Below are positions 9,700 to 18,752 of a stretch of DNA of 38,731 nt, piece after piece (the stretch's first letter is position 1; every line of letters starts with the position of its first letter). The DNA comes from Longimicrobiales bacterium (GTDB taxonomy: Bacteria > Gemmatimonadota > Gemmatimonadetes > Longimicrobiales > Gaopeijiaceae). A program made the position numbers and the translations under genes. The notes under the pieces were generated by a model, which saw nothing but the letters and a program-made list of their open reading frames with translations, did not search any database and was not told where the DNA came from. The stretch spans positions 1 through 38,731 of the forward strand of contig CBDANQ010000023.1 in assembly GCA_965197725.1 (NCBI GenBank), written 5' to 3'.

Positions 9700-10479
9700 C
9701 TAGAAGAACAGCCCCTCGCCGCGCACGTCTATGTCCGGACCGATCTCGAGCCAACTGTGTCCGTCGACAGCTTCCCACGCCGCGCCCGGATCAAGGCGCT
9801 CCGAGGCGAGCACGATACCGTCGGGCGCAAAAGGCGGGCGCTTCGCGAAGTACAAGGAGTTCGTCTCCAGCACCGTCCCGCTGCGCACTGCGGCGATCCT
9901 CTCTCCGTCGCTCAGCACCATGTTCATCTGCGCTTCGGTCTCTCGCCCTACGCGGTCGAAAACCGCCTTCGCCGCGCGTTCGAGTGCCTCGGGAAGAGTC
10001 GCGCCCCCGCGGACGGCCGCCACCGCCAGCAGGAAGAGCGTCTCCGAGTCCGAGGACCCGCGCAGCTCGGCGTACAGGTCGTCCGGGAGCTCGGCGCGTA
10101 GCGCGCGCATGTGCCGCGAGCGGAAGTCCGGCACGAAGCCGTTGAGCATGAAACTCCACTTGTCGAATACGAGGGGCGGCACTCCGGAGCGGTCGAGCGG
10201 GATTCCCGGCGTAACATTTCGTAGCCCTGCCAACACACAAGTCGAAGACAGTGAGGACAGCGTGGTGCGGAGGTCGGTGTCGTACCAGATGGGACGTAGC
10301 TCGGCCAACCGGGCGGGTCGTCCTTCGGCGTACCAGACGACGCCGTACCCGTCCGCATTGACGGTGCCGGAGAGTAGTTCCTGGGGCGCCCAGCTCTGTT
10401 CGTAGAGGGAATGCGATCCACCGAAGACGAGGTGCGCGGGCGTCAACGGGGCACCGAGATAGGCGACCAGCCTACACAT
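9700..10479 (-). CDS. egtC: EgtC-like class II glutamine amidotransferase (Ntn hydrolase)
   Basis: N-terminal nucleophile MCRLVAYLG, VNADGYGVVWY, PIWYD, SDSETLF, LASERLD; adjacent to egtBD. Confidence 0.85.
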   Translation of the reverse strand: MCRLVAYLGAPLTPAHLVFGGSHSLYEQSWAPQELLSGTVNADGYGVVWYAEGRPARLAELRPIWYDTDLRTTLSSLSSTCVLAGLRNVTPGIPLDRSGVPPLVFDKWSFMLNGFVPDFRSRHMRALRAELPDDLYAELRGSSDSETLFLLAVAAVRGGATLPEALERAAKAVFDRVGRETEAQMNMVLSDGERIAAVRSGTVLETNSLYFAKRPPFAPDGIVLASERLDPGAAWEAVDGHSWLEIGPDIDVRGEGLFF

Positions 10480-10614
10480 CTAGTCGATTCCCTTCACACA
10501 ACAGCGTGCAGAGCAAAGCGTCTGTGACCGCGGCATCGGCGTCCTGTGGACCGCCGACACGATGCGGGCATGGGCCTGAGTGAAGCGGGCTAAGTCGAAG
10601 CGCGGTGCGTTCAT
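10480..10614 (-). pseudogene. 44-aa ORF MNAPRFDLARFTQAHARIVSAVHRTPMPRSQTLCSARCCVKGID: possible remnant of a threonine/serine dehydratase N-terminus, or a uORF
   Basis: Translated by hand. AHARI-xx-VHRTP-xx-RS-x-TL resembles the start of fold-type II PLP ammonia-lyases; its TAG directly precedes the egtC ATG. Confidence 0.45.
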
Positions 10615-10744
10615 GGCGGGCCATGATGCCGATTGTCACACGCCACCGCCACCCTTCGGCCGCCCTCCGGAAACGCCGGAAGTCGTTGGCGAGCACAACG
10701 AATCGGGGTATAGTTTCGCGCCAGGAATTCTTCGGGGAGCGTCC

Positions 10745-11194
10745 ATGACTACGACCGAAGCCAAGAGCCCCATCACACTCCGCTGCGCCTTCTGCGACAC
10801 GAAGAATCGCGTGGACTTAGCCCGCGCTGCTGACCGTCCGACTTGTGGTGAATGCGGCAGGCCGATGCTGCTCGACCGGCCAGTGAAGGTCACGCGAGAC
10901 GACTTCGACGATACGGTTCTTAAGGCGTCCGTGCCCGTCCTGGTGGACTTCTACGCGGACTGGTGCGGGCCCTGCAAGATGGTCGCACCGCTGGTGGACG
11001 AGCTCGCGCACCAGCACATCGGCAAGATCCTGTTCGCCAAGGTCGATATCGATCGGGCCTCTGAAGTCGCCGCCAAGTATGGCATCCGGAGCATCCCTAC
11101 TTTGATCATCTTCCGCGATGGCGTGGAAGTCGAGCGCAGCAACGGCTTCGAGCCCGAGCGCCTACGTACCCTCGCCGAGGAGGCGGCGGCGTGA
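10745..11194 (+). CDS. trxC: Thioredoxin 2 with N-terminal zinc-finger
   Basis: CAFC...CGEC zinc motif plus DFYADWCGPC active site; start ATG 10745 after GGGGAG. Confidence 0.9.
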   Translation: MTTTEAKSPITLRCAFCDTKNRVDLARAADRPTCGECGRPMLLDRPVKVTRDDFDDTVLKASVPVLVDFYADWCGPCKMVAPLVDELAHQHIGKILFAKVDIDRASEVAAKYGIRSIPTLIIFRDGVEVERSNGFEPERLRTLAEEAAA

Positions 11195-11652
11195 GCAAGC
11201 GCCACCGTCACGCGCTGATCCTCCAGGTGCTCAAGAGCCATCGGGTCACGAGCCAGGAGTCGCTGCGAGAGCTGCTGCAAGAGCAGGGTACCGACGTGAC
11301 CCAGGCCACGCTTTCCCGCGACATCCGTGAGCTGCGCCTCGTGAAAGTGCCCGGTGCCGACGGGACGTCCAACTATTCCGTGCCGGAGGAGTGGCAGAGC
11401 ACCCCGTCGTTGCAATCTCTTCTTCCCACGCTCTTCCAGTCCGCCGAGGGAGTCGACCACCTTCTGGTGGTGCATACCATGAAAGGCGGTGCGCAGACCG
11501 TCGCGGCCGGCATCGACTGGGAAGAGTGGCATGAGGTCCTGGGCACCCTCGCCGGGGACGACACCATTCTCATCATCCTGCGCCGGCCCGAATTCCTCCC
11601 GGCCGTTCAGGCCCGCCTCGAACGGATGGCACGTGCCTCTGGCTTGACATAA
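11191..11652 (+). CDS. argR: Arginine repressor
   Basis: SQESL, VTQATLSRDIREL, GTLAGDDTILII; upstream of argGH. Confidence 0.95.
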   Translation: MSKRHRHALILQVLKSHRVTSQESLRELLQEQGTDVTQATLSRDIRELRLVKVPGADGTSNYSVPEEWQSTPSLQSLLPTLFQSAEGVDHLLVVHTMKGGAQTVAAGIDWEEWHEVLGTLAGDDTILIILRRPEFLPAVQARLERMARASGLT

Positions 11653-11679
11653 TGCATACACGGTGAATATTTATTCTTC
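11641..11679 (+). promoter_or_regulatory. Tandem ARG boxes overlapping a TTGACA -35 element for argGH
   Basis: AT-rich island in GC-rich DNA. Cores CTTGAcataATGCA (11643-11656) and TGAATatttATTCT (11664-11677) are spaced as two 18-bp boxes 3 bp apart; TTGACA at 11644-11649. No clean -10 hexamer. Confidence 0.7.
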
Positions 11680-11719
11680 GTGACCGGCACTGTCGGCCAT
11701 GAAAGCCTGAACTTAGAAA

Positions 11720-11806
11720 AGGGGACCGGGGCGAAAGTTAGGAGCAGGTGCCCCCAGAGCTTTGGCGGGAAGACTCCGGTCTTCCAACCCCCGGCCCTGG
11801 TTTTTT
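11720..11806 (+). terminator. Structured argG 5' leader ending in a T6 tract (possible attenuator)
   Basis: Perfect hairpin GGAAGAC-TCCG-GTCTTCC (11768-11785) enclosed by AGGGGACCGGGG / CCCCGGCCCT pairing, then TTTTTT (11801-11806). Confidence 0.4.
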
Positions 11807-11842
11807 ACTCGCGCGACCGATGCGCGGTCTGAGGAAATCATC

Positions 11843-13100
11843 ATGAAGGTCGTTCTCGGGTACTCCGGCGGGCTCGATACCTCCGTCATCGTGCCTTGGC
11901 TCACGGAGAACTACGCAGCCGAAGTCATCTGCATGGCAGGCGACGTCGGCCAGCAAGGCGGGCTGGACGGTCTCGAGGCCAAGGCCGTCGCGACCGGCGC
12001 GAGCGGCTTCTACGGCGAGGACCTGCGTCAACCATTCGTGGAGGACTTCGTCTGGCCCACGTTGAAAATGGGTGCAGTATACGGCCGTAAGTACTTGCTG
12101 GGCACGGCGATGGCGCGGCCGATTCTCGGACGACGTCAGGTCGAGATCGCCAGGCTGGTCGGCGCGGATGCGGTTGCGCACGGGTGCACCGGCAAAGGAA
12201 ACGATCAGGTCCGCTTCGAGCTCAGCTACGCGGCGCTCGCCCCTGACCTGAAGGTCATCGCGCCGTGGCGGGAATGGGAGCTAACGTCCCGTGAGGACGC
12301 GCTCGCGTATGCGCACGCGCGCGACATCCCTCTCGAGGGCGTGGACGAGGGCAAGCTCTTTTCGAGGGACGAGAACCTCTGGCACATCTCGCACGAGGGT
12401 GGCCCCCTAGAGGACCTGGCATTCGAGCCGGAGGAGTCGATGTTCCTTTGGACCTTGGCGCCGGAGCTGGCGCCGGACAAAGCTGAGTACGTCGAGATCG
12501 CCTTCGAAGGCGGCGTACCGGTGTCGGTGAACGGCGAGGCGATGGGCGCCGTGCAGCTGCTCGAGACACTCAACGAGCTCGGCGCACGGCACGGTGTCGG
12601 GCGAACCGATCTGGTCGAGAACCGTCTCGTCGGCATGAAGTCGCGCGGAGTGTACGAAACGCCGGGCGGAACCTTGCTCTATGCGGCCATCAAGGATCTG
12701 GAGTCGATCACCCTGGACCGCCGGGCCGAAGGCCTCAAGGACGAGATCGCTCAGCGGTGGGCCGACATGCTCTACGACGGCCGCTGGTGGACGCCGGAGC
12801 GTGAAGCGATGCAGGCCATGTCCGACGTTCTGTCGAGTAACGTGACGGGCATCGGTGAAGCTCAAGCTCTTCAAGGGCTCGTGCGCCGTGACCTCCAGGA
12901 AGAGCCCGGTGTCGCTGTACCGCGAAGACCTCGCGAGCTTTGGCCATGCCGTCACGTACGATCACGCGGACGCATCAGGCTTCATCCAACTGTTCGGCCT
13001 GCCCATTCGGGCCGCCGCGCGCCTGGCGGGCCAGGACCAGACCGGTGAACAGGCCGCCTCCAAGCTGATCGAAGAGGTGGTCGAGGCCGGCGCGCTCTGA
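11843..13100 (+). CDS. argG: Argininosuccinate synthase; apparent frameshift near 12851
   Basis: VVLGYSGGLDTS, HGCTGKGNDQVRF, SRDENLWHISHEG, ENRLVGMKSRGVYETP; C-terminus (VKLKLFKG...ASGFIQLFGLP) continues in ORF 12855..13100. Confidence 0.93.
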
Positions 13101-13123
13101 CCGAACCAATCCCCGCTCCTCCA

Positions 13124-14509
13124 GTGCCCGCTTCCCTGTGGGGGGGGCGCTTCGAGGTCGGGATGGCCGCCGAGATGGTCCCACTCAACCTCAGCTTGCG
13201 TGTCGACCAGCGCCTGTGGCGTGAGGACATCCGCGGGAGCAAGGCGTGGGCACGCGCGCTTTACGGGGCCGAAGTCCTGACGGACGCGGAGGTCGAGGCG
13301 ATCCTTTCCGGTCTGGACGCCGTGGAAGTCCGGATCGCCGAACACGGCCTGGGGGACGCGCGGGAAGAAGATATCCACTCGGTCGTCGAGCGCATGCTCG
13401 GGGAAGAGGCCGGTGATGTCGCCGGCAAGCTCCACACGGGACGCTCCCGGAACGATCAGTCCTCAACGGGAGTCAGGGCGTACGGCATGAGGGCCGCCGA
13501 GCGCATCGAAGGCCACTTGAGAGGACTGTGCCGGGCGCTGCACGACCTCGCGGCGAAGGGCATCGACGCGGTGATGCCGGGCTACACTCACCTCCAGCAA
13601 GCACAGCCGATCCGCGCCGCACACTGGGCGCTCGCGCACGTGTTCCCGTTTCTGCGCGACATCGAGAGAGTGCAGCGCGCTGGGCACGCCGCGGCCGTAT
13701 TGCCGCTGGGCTCGGGTGCGCTCGCCGGCTGCCCCTTTCCTGTGGACCGGGAAGCGCTGCGCATGGAGCTCGGCTTCGATCGCGTGAGCGAAAACTCGAT
13801 CGATGCCGTCGCGGATCGGGACTGGATCTGCGACCTCTTGTACGCGGGCGCGATGATCGGAGTCCACCTTTCACGCCTCTGTGAGGACCTAGTGCTCTTT
13901 TCGAGCGCGGAGTTCGGTTTTGTCCGGCTGTCAGACGGCTACAGCACCGGCTCGAGTCTCATGCCCCAGAAGCGGAATCCCGATGTCGCGGAGCTCGCGC
14001 GGGCGAAGTCGGGGCGCCTGGCAGGCAACCTGACGACCATGATCACGCTGCTGAAGGGCCTTCCGACCGGATACAACCGGGATCTGCAGGAGGACAAGGA
14101 GGCGCTCTTCGACACCGTGGATACCCTGGACCTTACATTGCCTCCGGTCGCGGGCGCCGTGGAGACCACCACGTTCGTTCCGGAGCGCATGCGCGAGGTC
14201 ATGAACGCGCAACTCCTCGCCACGGATCTGGCGGACTACCTGGTGCGTCGGGGCGTGCCGTTCCGCACCACCCACGAGATCGTGGGACGTCTCGTCCGCA
14301 AATCCGAGGAGTCGCGTGTCTCTCTCTCGGAGCTTCCGCTCGCCGCGCTGAAGGCGGAGCACGACGCGTTCGAGGAAGACGTGAGCGATGTCTTCGACTG
14401 GTTTCGATCCGCGGACGCACGTGACTCCGACGGTGGCACGTCACTGCGCGCCGTCCGCGATCAGCTCGATGAAGTAGACGCTCGCCTCGCCGAACTCGAA
14501 CAACCCTGA
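13124..14509 (+). CDS. argH: Argininosuccinate lyase
   Basis: LWGGRF, KLHTGRSRNDQ, MPGYTHLQQAQP, STGSSLMPQKRNPD, YNRDLQEDKE. Confidence 0.96.
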   Translation: MPASLWGGRFEVGMAAEMVPLNLSLRVDQRLWREDIRGSKAWARALYGAEVLTDAEVEAILSGLDAVEVRIAEHGLGDAREEDIHSVVERMLGEEAGDVAGKLHTGRSRNDQSSTGVRAYGMRAAERIEGHLRGLCRALHDLAAKGIDAVMPGYTHLQQAQPIRAAHWALAHVFPFLRDIERVQRAGHAAAVLPLGSGALAGCPFPVDREALRMELGFDRVSENSIDAVADRDWICDLLYAGAMIGVHLSRLCEDLVLFSSAEFGFVRLSDGYSTGSSLMPQKRNPDVAELARAKSGRLAGNLTTMITLLKGLPTGYNRDLQEDKEALFDTVDTLDLTLPPVAGAVETTTFVPERMREVMNAQLLATDLADYLVRRGVPFRTTHEIVGRLVRKSEESRVSLSELPLAALKAEHDAFEEDVSDVFDWFRSADARDSDGGTSLRAVRDQLDEVDARLAELEQP

Positions 14510-14523
14510 CACTTCCCACATAC

Positions 14524-16764
14524 ATGACCCCGATCCTCGTGACCGCGGCCCGTGCTCTCTTTTTCCTGTCGCTCGGGGTCGCGTGCAGCGCGCCCGTTCG
14601 ACTCGTGGCCCAAAACGGCGCGGCGGTCGCGAAAGCGACCCGGGTGGAAAAGGCGCCGACCATCGATGGCATTCTGGATGACGCCTCGTGGACGGAAGCG
14701 AGTCGGCTCGGGGACTTCGTGCAGCGTGATCCCGTCGAGGGAGAACCTGTCAGCGAGCGCACCGAAGTGCGGATCACGTACGACGACCAGGCCGTGTACA
14801 TCGGAGCCTGGCTCTTCGATCGGGACCCGAATGGCATCGTGTACGGGGAGACCCGTCGAGATGCCGATCCTAAGGACTCGGACGCCTTGCTGCTCGTCTT
14901 CGACACCTACCTCGACCGGCAGAAGGGCTTCCTCTTCGCGACGACCCCCGCCGGCATCGAGTACGATGGGCAGATCACGCGTGAGGGGCAGGGCGGCGCT
15001 AGGGGCCCAAGGGCCCGGCAACGGATCGGATCCGGAGGGGGGTTCAACGTCAACTGGGACGGCAGCTGGCAAGTGGCGACGACTCGCGATGGCGAGGGCT
15101 GGTACGCCGAATTCCGGATTCCGTTCTCCACTCTTCGCTACACCTCCGGCGGCGCACAGAGGTGGGGCTTCAACGTGGCGCGCCGGATCCGGCGCAACAG
15201 CGAAGAATCCTTCTGGTCGCCGGTGGCACGGCAGTTCAACGTCTTCCGCGTATCGAGCGCCGGCGTACTCGAGGGGTTCGACGCTCCCGCGCGTAGAACG
15301 GCCACGTTCACACCCTACTTGCTCGGTTCCGGGCGCCGGGACTACACGGTCTCCTCAGGCCCGGACGACGACCTCGACGGTGATGTCGGCTTCGACGTGA
15401 AGCTCGTATCAGCTTCGAGCATGACGCTCGACCTCACCTACAACACCGACTTCGCTCAAGTCGAGGTGGACGAACAGGAGGTCAACCTCACGCGCTTCAG
15501 TCTATATCTTCCCCGAGAAGAGGCCCTTCTTCCTGGAAAACGCTGGCACTTTCGCCATCGGGACCCCGCAGAGCAACGAGCTCTTCTTCAGCCGACGCAT
15601 CGGGATCGCAGGCGGTCAGGCAGTCCCAATTCTGGGCGGCGGACGTCTTACAGGCCGAGTGGCCGGACTCACGGTGGGATGGCTCGACATCCAGACCGAG
15701 TCTGTGGGAGGAGCCGTCCCAGCGAACAACTTCGGCGTCGCACGGATCATGAAGGAGTTACCCAATCGGACTCGGCTCGGAGCGGCGTTCGTGAGCCGCT
15801 ACAACACCGACGACACGGACGACTACAACTTCACGACAGCGCTGGACGGACGGCTCGGTATCGGGGAAGCGCTCACGTTCGACGCGTATGTCGCCGCGAG
15901 TACCACACCCGGCATCGAGAATGACGAGACGTCTCTTGAGCTGTCTGGTTCGTGGACCTCGCGCGACTGGGACTTCGGGACCTCGTATCGACGTGTCGGC
16001 GGGGCTTCAATCCGGAGGTCGGGTTCTCGCCGCGTGGTGAGCATCAGTTCAGAAGCCTGCGCGGGTTGCGCCGCGTCCGCACGGAAGGAGTCGAGTGGTT
16101 CAAGGAGCTGCGGCCTCACGCCTCCTATATGGAGCACCTATCACTGGACGGCTTCAGCGAGACGCGCTCGTGGCACCTCGACTCCCACTTCGAGTTCGCC
16201 AACGGGGCCTTCTTCCAGTTTCCAGGCATCAACTTCCGCCGAGAGGGCTTGCGGGAGCCCTTCGAGATCTCCGATGGCATCTTCGTACCGGCGGGGACAT
16301 ACGACAACCTGGACTGGGGCTTCCGCTACAACACGGACTTGAGCGCACCGCTTTCCGTGCAGGGCACCATCGACATCGGTGGCTTCTACAACGGCACGCG
16401 GCACGGGACCGGGACGACCGCGAACGTGAGGGTGAGCGACACGTTCGTGGCGAGCCTGCGCTTCAACTGGTTCGACGTCAATCTGGACCAGGGCGACTTT
16501 CAGACGTCACTGATCAGCTTGAAGGCGGCGTATTCCTTCACGCCGAGCATCTATCTGCAGTCGCTACTGCAGTACAGTGATCAAACGGACTCCTTCTCCG
16601 GCAACATCCGCTTCGGCTGGCTCAACACCGCCGGCACCGGGCTTTTCCTCGTTTACAACGACCTGCGCCACACGGGCTCGTTTCTCGAAACCGGCATCCC
16701 GAAGGGCCCGCTCGACCGTTCCTTCGTGGTCAAGTTCACGCGGCTTCTGAACCTGAGCGGGTAG
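14524..16764 (+). CDS. DUF5916-type outer-membrane protein with N-terminal CBM9-like domain; two apparent frameshifts (~15506, ~16002)
   Basis: Signal peptide, [46 protein letters not shown].(F)[10 protein letters not shown] across the shift, beta-barrel-like C-terminus (FVVKFTRLL). Confidence 0.8.
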
Positions 16765-17776
16765 CGAGTCCGCGGCCTGCCGCTGCCACGAAGGGACGGA
16801 GGCCGTCCATGAACGCATCGAACTCCGCGAAGTCGAGCGACTGATCCCCGTCCGAGGTGGCGGTTTCCGGATCCGGGTGGACCTCGACGATCAACCCATC
16901 GGCGCCAGCGGCGATCGCCGCGTACGATAGCGGAGCGACCAAATGGCGGCGGCCACCGGCGTGCGAGGGGTCTGCGATGACCGGGAGGTGCGTCTCCAGC
17001 TTGAGGACCGGAATCGCGGCCAGGTCGAAGGTATTCCGAGTCTCGGTGGTAAAGGTTCTGATCCCACGTTCGCACAGGATGACGTTCGAGTTGCCCTGTC
17101 TCATCACGTACTCAGCGGCGAGCAGCAGGTCCTTCAGCGTGGCCGACATTCCACGCTTCAGAAGCACCGGGCGCCGGAGCCGACCCACTTCGGTCAAGAG
17201 CGAAAAATTCTGCATGTTGCGCGCCCCGATCTGAAGCACATCCGCGTACGAGGCCACCAGGTCGACCTGACGGGTGTCCATGACCTCGGTGACAACCGGT
17301 AGGCCCGTCTCGCTACGCACATCCGCGAGCATCTTGAGGCCGTCCTCACCCATTCCCTGGAACGAGTAGGGAGACGAGCGGGGCTTGAACGCGCCACCCC
17401 GCAGCGCCCGACCGCCGGCCGCGTGCACGTGCCGCGCCGTGGAGGCCAGCATGTCGCCGCCTTCCACGGAACAGGGTCCGGCGATGACCACGATGTCGTT
17501 TCCACCCATCGCGGAGTCGCCCAGCGTTACCTCGGTAGGCTCCGCCGAAAATTCCTTGGAGGCGAGCTTGTACGGCTTGAGCACCTCGTGCACGGCCTCG
17601 ACCCCCGGGATGGAGAGCAGCGGAACGTGCTCGAGCACGGCCTCGTCGCCCACACACCCGATGACGGTCCGCTGCTCGCCCCGAGACATGTGCGTGCGCA
17701 GTCCGAGCGACTCGATGCGCTCTCGGATATGATCGAGCTCGTCTTGTGTTACGTCCTTCTTCGTCACGATGATCAT
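16736..17776 (-). CDS. aroF: DAHP synthase, type I-beta with N-terminal ACT/ferredoxin-like regulatory domain
   Basis: [56 protein letters not shown] 17776 with GAGGA RBS; 29-nt convergent overlap with the DUF5916 gene. Confidence 0.95.
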   Translation of the reverse strand: MIIVTKKDVTQDELDHIRERIESLGLRTHMSRGEQRTVIGCVGDEAVLEHVPLLSIPGVEAVHEVLKPYKLASKEFSAEPTEVTLGDSAMGGNDIVVIAGPCSVEGGDMLASTARHVHAAGGRALRGGAFKPRSSPYSFQGMGEDGLKMLADVRSETGLPVVTEVMDTRQVDLVASYADVLQIGARNMQNFSLLTEVGRLRRPVLLKRGMSATLKDLLLAAEYVMRQGNSNVILCERGIRTFTTETRNTFDLAAIPVLKLETHLPVIADPSHAGGRRHLVAPLSYAAIAAGADGLIVEVHPDPETATSDGDQSLDFAEFDAFMDGLRPFVAAAGRGLATRSGSEAA

Positions 17777-17791
17777 TCTGGCCGTCCTCTG

Positions 17792-17828
17792 AAACAATAA
17801 AAGGCCCCCGACGGGTGTCGGGAGCCTC
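17792..17828 (-). terminator. Intrinsic terminator of the aroF attenuator
   Basis: Minus strand: AGGCTCCCGAC-ACCC-GTCGGGGGCCT (11-bp stem, one G-U) followed by TTTATTGTTT, just before the aroF RBS. Confidence 0.85.
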
Positions 17829-17854
17829 GGTCGCCGCTTGTGTCTGCTCAGTCG

Positions 17855-17929
17855 CTATACGCGCGGACTCCGGGCCCCCCTCCTGGGAGCAAACCAATAA
17901 TACCGATACCCGCGCGCGTGCCTGTGCAT
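17855..17929 (-). CDS. Aromatic amino-acid leader peptide (24 aa) MHRHARGYRYYWFAPRRGARSPRV
   Basis: Read by hand: ATG CAC AGG CAC GCG CGC GGG TAT CGG TAT TAT TGG TTT GCT ... GTA TAG; Tyr/Trp/Phe cluster upstream of a terminator and DAHP synthase. Confidence 0.8.
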   Translation of the reverse strand: MHRHARGYRYYWFAPRRGARSPRV

Positions 17930-17935
17930 GGCGCA

Positions 17936-17964
17936 ATGTTCGCGGGGGCCACCAAGGGTGTCAA
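17936..17964 (-). promoter_or_regulatory. Sigma70-type promoter for the leader-aroF transcript
   Basis: TTGACA (17964-17959), 17-nt spacer, GAACAT (17941-17936), then 6 nt to the leader ATG. Confidence 0.6.
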
Positions 17965-18047
17965 GCACGGCCGGCCACGCCTAGTAACGGCCCTCGGCGG
18001 CCCCTATATTGCGGCGGCTTTTTCGCCGGAAGGATACGGGGAGCGAG

Positions 18048-18752
18048 ATGGAACTCACGCCAGAGGAATCATTGAAGCGTCAGGCGGCCGAGCGAGCGCT
18101 CGGGTACGTCGAGAGTGGAATGGTTCTGGGCCTGGGTACCGGAAGCACCGTGGCACATTTCCTCGATCTGCTTGCGACGAAGCTCTCCCAGGGTGGGCTC
18201 TCTGACATCGTGGGCGTGCCCACTTCCATTTGGACCGGCCGCGAGGCGCGGAAGGCTGGATTAGAGGTCATCGGCCTGGCCGATCGGGAGAAGGTAGATC
18301 TGACGGTGGACGGGGCCGACGAGGTGTCGCCCGAGCTGGACCTCATCAAGGGAATGGGGGGCGCGTTACTCCGCGAGAAGATGGTCGCGCAGGCCTCGCA
18401 CCACGTGGTGATCATCGCGGACGGAAGCAAGGCGGTGGACCGTCTCGGTACCGTGTCACCGCTCCCGCTGGAGATCGTCGATTGGGCCGCGGGAACACAC
18501 GCCAGGTTCCTGGAGGGCCTGGGCGCGGAGGTCCGGACGCGAACGTCGGATGATGGCATGCCGCTCCGGAGCGACAACGGGAACCTATTGTTGGACTGTC
18601 GATTTTCCGCCGGTATCGATGATCCGGCGGCGCTGGACGCGGCACTTCAGAGTAGGGCAGGCGTGGTTGAGACGGGCTTCTTCCTCGGGCTCGCCGACGC
18701 CGCGATCCTCGCCTTCGCCGACGGCATCGAGCTCCGGGAGCGCCACGCATGA
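18048..18752 (+). CDS. rpiA: Ribose-5-phosphate isomerase A
   Basis: LGLGTGST, VDGADEV, LIKGMGGALLREK, SDNGN, GVVETGFF. Confidence 0.95.
   Translation: MELTPEESLKRQAAERALGYVESGMVLGLGTGSTVAHFLDLLATKLSQGGLSDIVGVPTSIWTGREARKAGLEVIGLADREKVDLTVDGADEVSPELDLIKGMGGALLREKMVAQASHHVVIIADGSKAVDRLGTVSPLPLEIVDWAAGTHARFLEGLGAEVRTRTSDDGMPLRSDNGNLLLDCRFSAGIDDPAALDAALQSRAGVVETGFFLGLADAAILAFADGIELRERHA

Noticed and set aside
12840..12860. Programmed frameshift in argG
   Set aside because: No slippery heptamer or stimulatory structure; similar single-base shifts occur throughout the left part, favouring sequencing error.
16736..16764. 29-nt convergent overlap of DUF5916 and aroF
   Set aside because: Short 3' overlaps are common in compact high-GC genomes.
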